The notes below the pieces were generated by a model. That model saw nothing but the letters and a program-made list of their open reading frames with translations. It ran no database searches and was not told the DNA's origin. This document shows, piece after piece, positions 1-10,337 of a DNA stretch of 26,787 bases. The translations under genes were made by a program, and so were the position numbers. Position 1 is the first letter of the stretch. Every line of letters starts with the position of its first letter. Location of the stretch: the NCBI GenBank assembly GCA_038230375.1, contig JBBRNJ010000104.1, positions 1 to 26,787 on the forward strand, given 5' to 3'. The DNA is from Polyangiales bacterium. GTDB lineage: Bacteria > Myxococcota_A > Polyangia > Polyangiales > Polyangiaceae.

Positions 1-1977
1 CGCGAGGCCGCGCGAGAGCACCTCGCGCGCGCTGAGGCGGTTCGTCACGTTGAGCGAGAAATCGCCGACCTTCGGTGCTCCGCTCTTGGCGTCCATCAGA
101 CCGCCCAGGCCACGCACCAGCATGGCGTCGGGCCCGAGCTGCTGCAGGAACGTGACGATCTTCTCCTCGCCCGGCTTCAAGATGCGCGGAGGCGTCAGCG
201 TGATGTGACACGGGCCACGCGCACGCAGCGACCGCACGGCATTGCCCGTTCCAGTCAGCTCCAGGAAATCCAGGATGATGCCGTCTGCACCGGCGTCGAG
301 CGCTGCGTTCGCCTGTGCCTCGTTCCGGCAGAGCGCGAAAAGGCCGCCGGCGGGTGGGCTCGTGTTGATGGGCGACCGCGCGCGCTGCACGAGCTCCGCT
401 GCGGTGACGCGCGTGGTCGCGTGGGGAACCGTCTTGCCCAGCTCCACGCAGATCTCGCGGCGCGCGCGGTTCAGCGCAGACGGCGGGATGAAGGCGTCGC
501 GAGGAATGTCGAGCTCGAGCGACGTGAGCTCGTACGGCGTTTCGCCGAGCCGCGAGAGCTTGTCCTTGAAGGCCGCTTCCTGCGGGTGAGTGTCTCCAGG
601 TTGCGCCACGCCCAAGGCTGCGCTCTTCGCGTGCTCGACGATCGCATCGAGCGTGACGGTGGCGGTTTTTCCGCGGTCCGTCGTGGCGGTGAGCGCGGGG
701 TGCTCGCCGATCTTCGCCGTGAGGCGCATTTCCAGGCCGATCCGTCGCTCGGTGGTGCGCGCCGCCTTCTCGCGCGACGGGTCGTCTGTGCGGAACACAC
801 GCGCACCGGCCGTCAGCGCGCCAACGACCTTCTCCGGTCCGAGCCAGAGCGACGCCGCGTCACCGGGTTCCGCCGTCACCACGTCGCGCCCGTGCACGCT
901 GATCTCCCAGATGCGCCCGCCGAGCTCGCCTTTACCCTCGCGCCCCCCCTCGACCCGCACGCCGTCGCCGCGTGCGATCTCGTCGGTGAGCGTGATCTCG
1001 ATCGTGCTGCGGTGCCCCTTCCGCATGGTACCGGTGACGATGCCGACCGGAAGTCCGCGATGGTCAGGCGAGCGACCTTCCACCAGCCGCTGGTGATCCA
1101 CGCCTCCGAGGAAGCCGGGCCCCGAGCCACGCGTGTAGGTCGCGAGGGCGGTCTTTCGCTGCTCCTCCGTCGCGGTGCCATCGATCGCGCTGCGATAGAG
1201 CGACGTGGTGGCGGCAACGTAGGAAGGACCCTTGAGACGACCCTCGATCTTGAGCGAGATGACGCCTGCCGTGATGAGCTCCGGGACCAGCGCGCTCGCC
1301 TCCAGATCTTCTGGCGACAGCAGGTACGCCACGTCACCCAGATCCCTGCGCTCGCCGTCCACCACGAGCTCGTAGGGAAGCCTGCATGCCTGCGCGCATG
1401 CCCCGCGGTTCGCGCTGCGGCCGCCGATCGCCTCGCTCGTCAGGCACTGACCCGAGTACGACACACACAGCGCGCCGTGTACGAACGTCTCGAGCTCCGC
1501 CGAGGTCTGGCGCTTGATGGACGCGATGTCGTCGATCGAGAGCTCGCGCGCGAGGATGATGCGCTTGGCGCCGAGCGACGTGGCGAACGCGACGCTTGCC
1601 GCATCCGTGCACGTCATCTGCGTGGACGCATGAATGGCGAGCGTGGGCGCGATCTCCGTGACCAGCCGCAGCACGCCCAGGTCCTGGACGATCACCGCGT
1701 CCACGCCGGCGTCCGCGCACGTCCGCACGGCGGTCTCCAGCGCGGGCAGCTCGTCGTCGAAGACCAGCGTGTTCAGCGTGACGTACGCGCGCACGCCGTG
1801 CTGGTGCAGGTAGTCCACGGTCTCTGCCAGGCTCGCCTCTGCGAAATTCGTGGCGCGCGCGCGGGCGTTGAACGCCGCAAGGCCGAAATAGACGGCGTCC
1901 GCGCCGGCCTTCACTGCCGCCTCCATGCTCTCGCGATCTCCCGCGGGAGAAAGCACCTCTGCGCGTCGCGCTGTCAT
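1..1977 (-). CDS. Long U32-family peptidase-like Fe-S protein (RlhA-like rRNA/tRNA hydroxylation protein); 3' end lies outside the window
   Basis: Translated by hand from ATG at 1977: MTARRAEVLSPAGDRESMEAAVKAGADAVYFGLAAFNARARATNF..., then ETFVHGALCVSYSGQCLTSEAIGGRSANRGACAQACRLPY (U32 Cys cluster) and SLKIEGRLKGPSY. Still reads as protein at position 1 (...GDFSLNVTNRLSAREVLSRGLA). Missing from the ORF track, consistent with no stop codon in the window. Confidence 0.92.
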   Translation of the reverse strand, partial: MTARRAEVLSPAGDRESMEAAVKAGADAVYFGLAAFNARARATNFAEASLAETVDYLHQHGVRAYVTLNTLVFDDELPALETAVRTCADAGVDAVIVQDLGVLRLVTEIAPTLAIHASTQMTCTDAASVAFATSLGAKRIILARELSIDDIASIKRQTSAELETFVHGALCVSYSGQCLTSEAIGGRSANRGACAQACRLPYELVVDGERRDLGDVAYLLSPEDLEASALVPELITAGVISLKIEGRLKGPSYVAATTSLYRSAIDGTATEEQRKTALATYTRGSGPGFLGGVDHQRLVEGRSPDHRGLPVGIVTGTMRKGHRSTIEITLTDEIARGDGVRVEGGREGKGELGGRIWEISVHGRDVVTAEPGDAASLWLGPEKVVGALTAGARVFRTDDPSREKAARTTERRIGLEMRLTAKIGEHPALTATTDRGKTATVTLDAIVEHAKSAALGVAQPGDTHPQEAAFKDKLSRLGETPYELTSLELDIPRDAFIPPSALNRARREICVELGKTVPHATTRVTAAELVQRARSPINTSPPAGGLFALCRNEAQANAALDAGADGIILDFLELTGTGNAVRSLRARGPCHITLTPPRILKPGEEKIVTFLQQLGPDAMLVRGLGGLMDAKSGAPKVGDFSLNVTNRLSAREVLSRGLA

Positions 1978-2004
1978 CGCTTCGTATTGTAAGCTCCGAC
2001 GCCG
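1978..2004. promoter_or_regulatory. 27-bp divergent intergenic region with overlapping -10-like hexamers
   Basis: Minus-strand TACAAT (1991-1986) lies 8 nt before the U32 ATG. Plus-strand TAAGCT (1990-1995) lies 9 nt before the tex ATG. No Shine-Dalgarno on either side. Confidence 0.55.
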
Positions 2005-4344
<2,340 letters not shown>

Positions 4345-4357
4345 TACGCTCCTCCCC

Positions 4358-5701
4358 ATGATGCGCACGGCGAGAAGGGGAGGGCTCGCCATGGCATTCA
4401 CCGCGCTGCTCCTCGCGCTCGCTTCCCCCGCGTGCAGCGCGAGTGACGACACCACCACCGTGACACCCACGAAGGACGCGGGACAGACCGGCGTGGACGC
4501 TGGCCCCGCCCCGTTCTGCGCCGTGAACCAGACCAAGTGCGGGCTGTCGTGCGCGTTCCTTGCCGCGGACCCGGTGAACTGCGGTCGCTGCGGCAACCCC
4601 TGCGCGCCGTTTCCTTCTGGCGCCGCGCGCTGCGTGAACGGTATCTGCGCGGATCCAGCCTGCGGGGCAGGCTTTGCAGACTGCGATCTCGATCAGAAGA
4701 ACGGCTGCGAGGTCAACGTGGGCGGGTCGCTCGCGAACGACTGCGGCGTCTGCGGGCGCGCATGCGGAGGGCCCTGCGTGAACGGACTCTGCAAACCGGT
4801 GTCCCTGGCCCCTGGCCTGGTCGCGCCGTTCTCCGTCGTGCGCGACGGTACCGATCTGTTCCTCACGGACTACGGCAAGGACATCTCCATGCCGGCCGAC
4901 GGGCGCGTGCTCAAGGTGCCTGCGGGCGGCGGGCCCGCGGTGGTGCTTGCTGATCTGCAGGCCTTGCCGCGCGGCCTCGCCGTTGACGCGCTATATGTGT
5001 ACTATACACTCTTTGGCGCCAAGGGATCGGGCCAGGGCTCCGTGATGAAGGTAGGGCGTGACGGGACCTGCGGCGCGGCACCCACGTGCCCCATCGTCCT
5101 CGCGTCGTCGCGCAAGGCTCCGTGGTCCGTCGCGCTCGACACCGACTACGTGTACTGGACGGAGCGCGGAACCTCGGCGGCTTCCAACTCCGACGGCGGC
5201 GTCTTCCGCGTGAAGAAGGACGGCTCCGCCGCGCCCGAGGTGGTCGTGTTCCCCGCGGGTGAGGCGATCGCCCTCGCGCTCTCGGACACGGAAGCGTACT
5301 TCTCCGCCAATGGCCACGTGTATGGCGCGCCCAAGACGGGTGGCCTTGGCGTGGACATAGCCACTGCGGACGGCGGGCTCGCGGTGTTCGGGCCCACGCT
5401 CTACGTGGGTGACAGCGCTCGTGTGTCGGTCGAGCCGCTCGCGGGCGGCGCGCCGAGCTTTCTCTTCGTGAAGCAGGGGGCCACGGCGATCGCGGTCGAT
5501 TCCACCGTGCTCTTCGTCTACGAGAACGGCCAGGTCTACGAGTCGCGGCCGAGCGGCGCATGCCCGTTCGCAGGGACGTGCCCGGTGAAGGTGCTCTCGC
5601 TCCTGGCGCCCGTGGACCCGTCGCCATCGCCGTTCGCGTTCGACGACAGCTACGTGTATGGCGCATCGACCGATGGGAGACTTCTCAGGGTCCCACGCTA
5701 G
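4358..5701 (+). CDS. Cys-rich lipoprotein with C-terminal beta-propeller-like repeats
   Basis: Signal peptide with lipobox-like LASPAC. Myxobacterial Cys repeats (DPVNCGRCGNPC, DCDLDQKNGCEV, NDCGVCGRAC). Propeller blades of the LAVDxxYVYY / VALDTDYVYWT / FAFDDSYVYG type. Confidence 0.85.
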   Translation: MMRTARRGGLAMAFTALLLALASPACSASDDTTTVTPTKDAGQTGVDAGPAPFCAVNQTKCGLSCAFLAADPVNCGRCGNPCAPFPSGAARCVNGICADPACGAGFADCDLDQKNGCEVNVGGSLANDCGVCGRACGGPCVNGLCKPVSLAPGLVAPFSVVRDGTDLFLTDYGKDISMPADGRVLKVPAGGGPAVVLADLQALPRGLAVDALYVYYTLFGAKGSGQGSVMKVGRDGTCGAAPTCPIVLASSRKAPWSVALDTDYVYWTERGTSAASNSDGGVFRVKKDGSAAPEVVVFPAGEAIALALSDTEAYFSANGHVYGAPKTGGLGVDIATADGGLAVFGPTLYVGDSARVSVEPLAGGAPSFLFVKQGATAIAVDSTVLFVYENGQVYESRPSGACPFAGTCPVKVLSLLAPVDPSPSPFAFDDSYVYGASTDGRLLRVPR

Positions 5702-5732
5702 GAGTTTCGCGCGCGCGAGGTCCTACCGCCGA

Positions 5733-5748
5733 AGGTACGGCTCTTGCG
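5733..5748 (+). promoter_or_regulatory. Putative sigma-54 promoter of the USP gene
   Basis: AGGTACGGCTCTTGCG: GG(5734-35)-N10-GC(5746-47), close to the TGGCACG-N4-TTGC consensus, ending 15 nt before the ATG at 5764. Confidence 0.55.
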
Positions 5749-5763
5749 ACTATTGGGCGGACC

Positions 5764-6363
5764 ATGTCCAGCCATCCGCCCAAGCCGCCGCGAACCGTGA
5801 TCCTCACCGCCATCGATGCGACCACCGCCTCCCAGGATGCGGCAGCCGCTGCGGCGCGCTTCGTCGCGCTGCCAGGGAGCGAGATGCACCTCCTCCATGT
5901 CCTCACGAGCGTGACGGGGAAGCCGGACCAGGCAGCGCTCGACAAGGCGCGGTTGCTTCTCGAGGGAACGGCGCAGGTCTTCGGGATGAGCGACAGGGTC
6001 GTGATGCACCTTGCGGTCGGCAAGCCATGGCGCGAGATCGTGCAGCTGGCAGCGGATCTGCGCGCGGATCTGCTCGTAGTCGGCATGCAGGGGCGCGGCG
6101 CCGTCGGGCGCATGGTGCTGGGCTCGGTGGCGGAGCAGGTCGTTCGCAATGCGGGGTGCGCCGTTCATGTCGCGCGCCCGAAGTACTACGAGCAGAACGG
6201 TCCGGAGATCGAGCCGCCCTGTGCAGACTGCGCCATGAAGCAGGAGCAAACGCGCGGCGAGACGCTGTGGTGCACGAGGCACGCCAGCCGGCACGTCCAC
6301 GGCAAGCTCCACTACGAGCTTCCACAGGGGTTTGGCGCGGGCAGCACATTCATTCGGCCGTGA
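5764..6363 (+). CDS. Universal stress protein with C-terminal Cys/His putative metal-binding tail
   Basis: ILTAIDAT, LLHV, GKPWREIVQLA, ADLLVVGMQG and LGSVAEQVVRNAGCAVHVAR are USP motifs. Tail CADC-x13-CTRH..HVH. Start placed at ATG 5764; the ORF-track extension to 5560 overlaps the previous gene. Confidence 0.9.
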   Translation: MSSHPPKPPRTVILTAIDATTASQDAAAAAARFVALPGSEMHLLHVLTSVTGKPDQAALDKARLLLEGTAQVFGMSDRVVMHLAVGKPWREIVQLAADLRADLLVVGMQGRGAVGRMVLGSVAEQVVRNAGCAVHVARPKYYEQNGPEIEPPCADCAMKQEQTRGETLWCTRHASRHVHGKLHYELPQGFGAGSTFIRP

Positions 6364-6399
6364 ACGTCGGTGGCAGCGTTCGAGTAGGATGCGGCTGGC

Positions 6400-6753
6400 A
6401 TGCGCATCATGGGTGTCTTCGTTTGCGTGGCGTTCTGGCTACTGGGTGAGGCGATTGCGCGCTCACTTGGCTCGTCGTATGGCGGTGGGCTCGTAGGGTT
6501 CGCGCTGCTCTTCGTGGCACTGCGCGCTCGGTTGATTCCGATGGAGCGCGTCCGCGCCGGAAGTGCGCTTCTCGTCACTCACCTCGCGTTTCCAATCGTC
6601 GGCGTGACGGCGGGCGTGGTGTACGCGGCGCGCTCGTTTGCCGACGAAGGGATGGCGATCGTCGCGTCCACGCTCGTGTCCACGCTCCTCTGTCTCTGCG
6701 TGGTCGGTCTAGCTGCCAGGTGGCGTCTGCGCGCAGAGACGTCGGACCCGTGA
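6400..6753 (+). CDS. CidA/LrgA family membrane protein (divergent)
   Basis: 117 aa, about four hydrophobic segments, FWLLGEAI and GGLVGFALLF pattern. Its stop overlaps the start of an LrgB-like gene (GTGA). Confidence 0.75.
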   Translation: MRIMGVFVCVAFWLLGEAIARSLGSSYGGGLVGFALLFVALRARLIPMERVRAGSALLVTHLAFPIVGVTAGVVYAARSFADEGMAIVASTLVSTLLCLCVVGLAARWRLRAETSDP

Positions 6754-7430
6754 GCGCGCTCCTCTTCTTCCTTGGGTGCGCGGGTGCCTACGCGGGCGCC
6801 TACGTCACCCGTGCGCGTCATCGATTGCCCGTGCTGCTTCTCGCGGCGGCAGTGGTCGGCGTGGTGCTCGTGGTGCTCGGGCCCGGGGTCGAGGCGGCCT
6901 TCAGGCAAGGCATCGCGCCCTATTCGTACCTGCTCGGACCCATGACGGTGGCGCTCGCGATCCCGCTTGCGGAGGCCTCGGAGGACGGCGCCAGGAAGGC
7001 GCGCATCGGCTTCACGGGCGCGCTGCTGCTTCTCTCGACAGCCCTGAGCGCCACGTCGATCGTGCTCGTCGCGAGATGGCTCGGCGCATCCGCGACCGCG
7101 TGCGCATCCCTGGCGCCGCGGGCCGCGACCAGTGCGCTGTCGGTTCCCACGTCCGAGGCGCTCGCCGGCTCCGCGTCGCTCACCAGCGTCGTCGTCGTGA
7201 CCAGCGGTGTGCTCGTCGGGCTCGTGGGGCCGGCGCTGCTCTCGCTGCTCGGCGTCAAGAACCCAGCGGCTCGTGGGCTCGCGCTCGGTGCGTCGGGGCA
7301 CCTCGTGGCAACGGCGCGCGCGTGGGACGAGAGCCGCGAGGCGGGCAGCGCGGCCACATTCGCGCTCATCGTGCACGGCGTGCTCACCGTAGGCGTGAGC
7401 TTCCTGCTGCACGCGCTCCGCTTCTTCTGA
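6750..7430 (+). CDS. lrgB: LrgB/CidB family membrane protein
   Basis: YLLGPMTVALAIPL, SLAPRAATSA and ARGLALGASGH..ATARA are LrgB motifs. GTG start at 6750 is coupled to the upstream TGA. Confidence 0.85.
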   Translation: MSALLFFLGCAGAYAGAYVTRARHRLPVLLLAAAVVGVVLVVLGPGVEAAFRQGIAPYSYLLGPMTVALAIPLAEASEDGARKARIGFTGALLLLSTALSATSIVLVARWLGASATACASLAPRAATSALSVPTSEALAGSASLTSVVVVTSGVLVGLVGPALLSLLGVKNPAARGLALGASGHLVATARAWDESREAGSAATFALIVHGVLTVGVSFLLHALRFF

Positions 7431-7435
7431 CTGCT

Positions 7436-7975
7436 CTAGAAGCGCACGTCGGGGCGGTCGAAGACGGCGGAGAGCAGCGCAACGACCTCTTGTGCCTCCT
7501 CTTCCGTGAACGCATCGATATACGGGGAATCTACATCGAATACCGCGTGGAGCTCCCCGGCGCGTACCACGGGGACCACGAGCTCGGAGCGCGAGCGGCC
7601 GTCGCAAGCGATGTGGTCCGCGATCGCGTGGACGTCGGGGACGCGCTGCACCTCCATGGTGCGCGCGCACTTGCCGCAGACGCCGCGATCGAAGTCAATG
7701 CGGAGGCAGCCCATGGATCCCTGGTACGGGCCAACGGCCAGCGTGCGCTCCCCCACGCGGCGGTAGAAGCCGCAGAAGTTCGACTGCGCGAGCGTCTGGT
7801 AGAGGAGGCACGCGATCGTGGCCTGCAGCGACACGGCGTCCGTCTCCCCGTCGCACGCCGCGCGGATCTGCGGCGCCGCGAGCTGCAGACGCGCGAGCCG
7901 AAGCGAGGGAGACAACAGTGTCTCCGCAGCGACGCGTGGCTGGTCCAGCTTGGGGAGATCGATGCCTTCGCTCAT
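7436..7975 (-). CDS. msrC: GAF-domain free methionine-(R)-sulfoxide reductase
   Basis: NFCGFY, GPYQGSMGC, GVCG, VPDVH...HIACD..SRSELVVPV and FDVDS; all three fRMsr cysteines are present. Confidence 0.88.
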   Translation of the reverse strand: MSEGIDLPKLDQPRVAAETLLSPSLRLARLQLAAPQIRAACDGETDAVSLQATIACLLYQTLAQSNFCGFYRRVGERTLAVGPYQGSMGCLRIDFDRGVCGKCARTMEVQRVPDVHAIADHIACDGRSRSELVVPVVRAGELHAVFDVDSPYIDAFTEEEAQEVVALLSAVFDRPDVRF

Positions 7976-8018
7976 GGGCGAGCATCGTACCGGATTCCGC
8001 CGTAGACTCCCTCATCGC

Positions 8019-8525
8019 ATGCAGCCGTTCGACCCTCGCCAGAATCCATACGCGCCTCCGACCGCGCCCATGGCCCACGAGCCGCCTCGCGTGAGCGGCC
8101 TCGCGCTTCCTGGTCAGCACGTCGCTCTCTACAACGCGAACCAGGTCGCGCTTGCGACCTTCTGCGGGACCGTGCTTGCCGGCGCGATCTTGATGACGCT
8201 CAACGAACGGCGCGTCGGTCGCGTGTCCGCCGGCTGGGCGATCCTCGGCGGAGGGGTGGTCGGCGCCGGGCTCCTCTTCGGCCTGGCGTTCCTCTTGCCC
8301 GAGAACGTGCCCAGCCTCCCGATCTCCATCGGACCCATCATTGCGATGCGCTTCTACGCCCAGAAGCGGCAGGGCATGTTCGTGAACGAGCACCTCATGC
8401 TCGGCGGCAAGAAGGGCTCTGGCTGGGCCGCGTTCGGGATCGGCATGGCGTGCCTCGTTGCCATCGTGGTCGTGGTGGTCGCCATTGCCATGGTCTACGC
8501 GCTGGCCACCGGCGAGCTTCAGTGA
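8019..8525 (+). CDS. Hypothetical membrane protein with NPYAPP N-terminus
   Basis: ATG 8019 (MQPFDPRQNPYAPP), about four hydrophobic segments, GC-rich third codon positions, -10-like TAGACT 10 nt upstream. Confidence 0.75.
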   Translation: MQPFDPRQNPYAPPTAPMAHEPPRVSGLALPGQHVALYNANQVALATFCGTVLAGAILMTLNERRVGRVSAGWAILGGGVVGAGLLFGLAFLLPENVPSLPISIGPIIAMRFYAQKRQGMFVNEHLMLGGKKGSGWAAFGIGMACLVAIVVVVVAIAMVYALATGELQ

Positions 8526-10331
8526 TCAGCGGCGCGTGGTCTTGCGCGGCCCCTTGTGACCCTTCTTCTTCGGCTTGGTGGTGCTCGCCTTCTTCGACGA
8601 CGGCTCGGCGGTGGTCTCAGCAGGCGCCTCCGCGCTCGTCGTGACGAGCTCCGGCTCCGGCTCCATCGGGGACAGCGCGGCCCGCGGGGCCGACGCGACC
8701 GGCGCGAGCGTGGGCTTCCACGTGTCCGGCTTCTTCACGCTCGGCGCGTCTTCCCACTTGGGCGCATCCGACGACACGACCTTCGCCTTCGCCTTCAGCT
8801 TGGCCTGGTCCTCTTCCTTGTCCGCAGCGGGCGCGGGAGAATCGAGCGTGCGCTCCCAGTCGTTCATCGGCACGTTCTTCCGCAGCGCGCCGAAGATCTC
8901 GTCGAACGCCACCGTCACGCCAATGGAGATGATGTGCATGTGGCCGGAGTACACGCCGTTGTTGACGGCGGGGAACAGCTTGCCATCCGCGCCTGCGCTC
9001 GCGCCGCCTGCCGAGGGATTGATCGGCCGGACGGCGCCGTCGGTCACGGTGCGCGTCATCTCGAAGATCTCTGCGAGCGCGAGGTTCACCGCGACCGGCC
9101 CGGCCTTGTAGCCAAGCCCCGCGGTCGCGCCGACCTTCGTGAGCGTGTCGAAGTCGATGCGTGTGTACTTGGAGTCCGTCGCGCTCGAATCGAAGTACGC
9201 ACCGCCGCGGATGCTGACGGTGCCGCCGAGCGCGCGCGTGTTGTATGCGCCGCCGCCACGGATGCTGAACGAGTCCTAGTAGCCGTGGCTGGAGACGCTG
9301 TGGATGTTGGAGTAGGGGCCGAGCTTGGGAATGTCGATGGTCGGGCCTTCGCCCTGCGCGGAGCCCCACGTCTCGTAGGTGGCGTCGAGCTCCACGTCGA
9401 ACGACTCCGTGCCGTTCTTCATGGCGATGTAGCGTCCGCCCGCGCGTATGACCCACGGCAGCTTGATCTGGAGGTGGGCCGTGCCTGGCTCGATCGGGAT
9501 GCTCGCGGCGACCGTCGGCGGCGCGGCATTCACGGTGCCGCTGGTGTCGAGCGTGTGAGCTGCGCGCACGTTGAGGCCAAGGGCGACGGACTGACTCGGA
9601 CGCGCGAGCACACCCGCTGACGGCGCGAACGTCATGCCGCTGGTCTTGATCTCGCTGCGTGAGTCGCACGGCTGGTATTCCGCGTTGGGGCAGAGCGCGG
9701 GCGAGATGTCCGAGAACGACACCGTGGTCGTGTCGAACTGTCCCAGGACCAGCGACCCACCCAGGCCGACGTCCAGCCAGCTGGTCACGCGGTACGCCGC
9801 CGCGACCGTCGGATAGATGAGGCTCGAGCTCGACTGCACGCTGTCGTAGCGGCCCGGGCCCGGAGCGCCGTTCACGCCGAGCTGGAACGTGCGGCCGCCG
9901 ACCGCGGAGGGACCGAACGCGGCGAACGCGAACGTGAGGCGATCGAAGTATCCAAAGTCCGTGGTGAGCGCGAGGAACGGGGCGAAGAACGCCGGGCCCT
10001 TGTCCGAGTCCACTGCGTAGCGCGAGCCGCCCCACGGCGTCGCAGCGTCTTTCGCGTTGTCTGCGTAGCTACCCGCGCGCTGGAAGCTGAACTCGTGGAA
10101 GTTGAGGTTGCCGTTGAGGAGCAGGTGCGTGCCGCGCTGCCGGGCAAGGCCACCAAGGTTGTATTGTACAGCTGTCGGATCGTCGGCCTTTGCGGTGAAC
10201 GCAGCGCCGCGGCCGAGCGCCTCGGTCCCGTTGTCAGGGAACTCGAAGCCGCCGGCGTGGGCGACGCCGGATGCAGAGACGGCGCTGGCAGCGAGGAGCG
10301 TCGCGGCAGCGAGTGTGCGGAGCACTCGCAT
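8526..10331 (-). pseudogene. OmpP1/FadL/TodX family outer-membrane transporter interrupted by one in-frame TAG (9276-9278)
   Basis: Signal peptide, then AGGFEFPDNGTEALGRGAAFTAKADDPTAVQYN (FadL hatch) and amphipathic strands. ORFs 9276..10331 and 8526..9089 share a frame, and the 186 nt between them translate openly as DSFSIRGGGAYNTRALGGTVSIRGGAYFDSSATDSKYTRIDFDTLTKVGATAGLGYKAGPVA. Confidence 0.85.
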
Positions 10332-10337
10332 GGCGCC

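Noticed and set aside
205..1992. 595-aa plus-strand ORF
   Set aside because: Antisense shadow of the U32 gene; Arg-rich with no motifs, as expected opposite high-GC3 genes.
6400..7430. Prophage lysis cassette suggested by the holin-like CidA/LrgB pair
   Set aside because: No endolysin, integrase or other phage genes nearby; Cid/Lrg pairs are normal chromosomal genes.
5699..7438. Genome-wide reassignment of TAG as an explanation for the FadL amber
   Set aside because: TAG ends the 4358..5701 gene and msrC at plausible natural C-termini (msrC 5 nt from a convergent gene), and I saw no internal TAG in the other genes.
8523..8528. Abutting convergent stop codons (TGATCA)
   Set aside because: Ordinary compact convergent arrangement with no additional structure.
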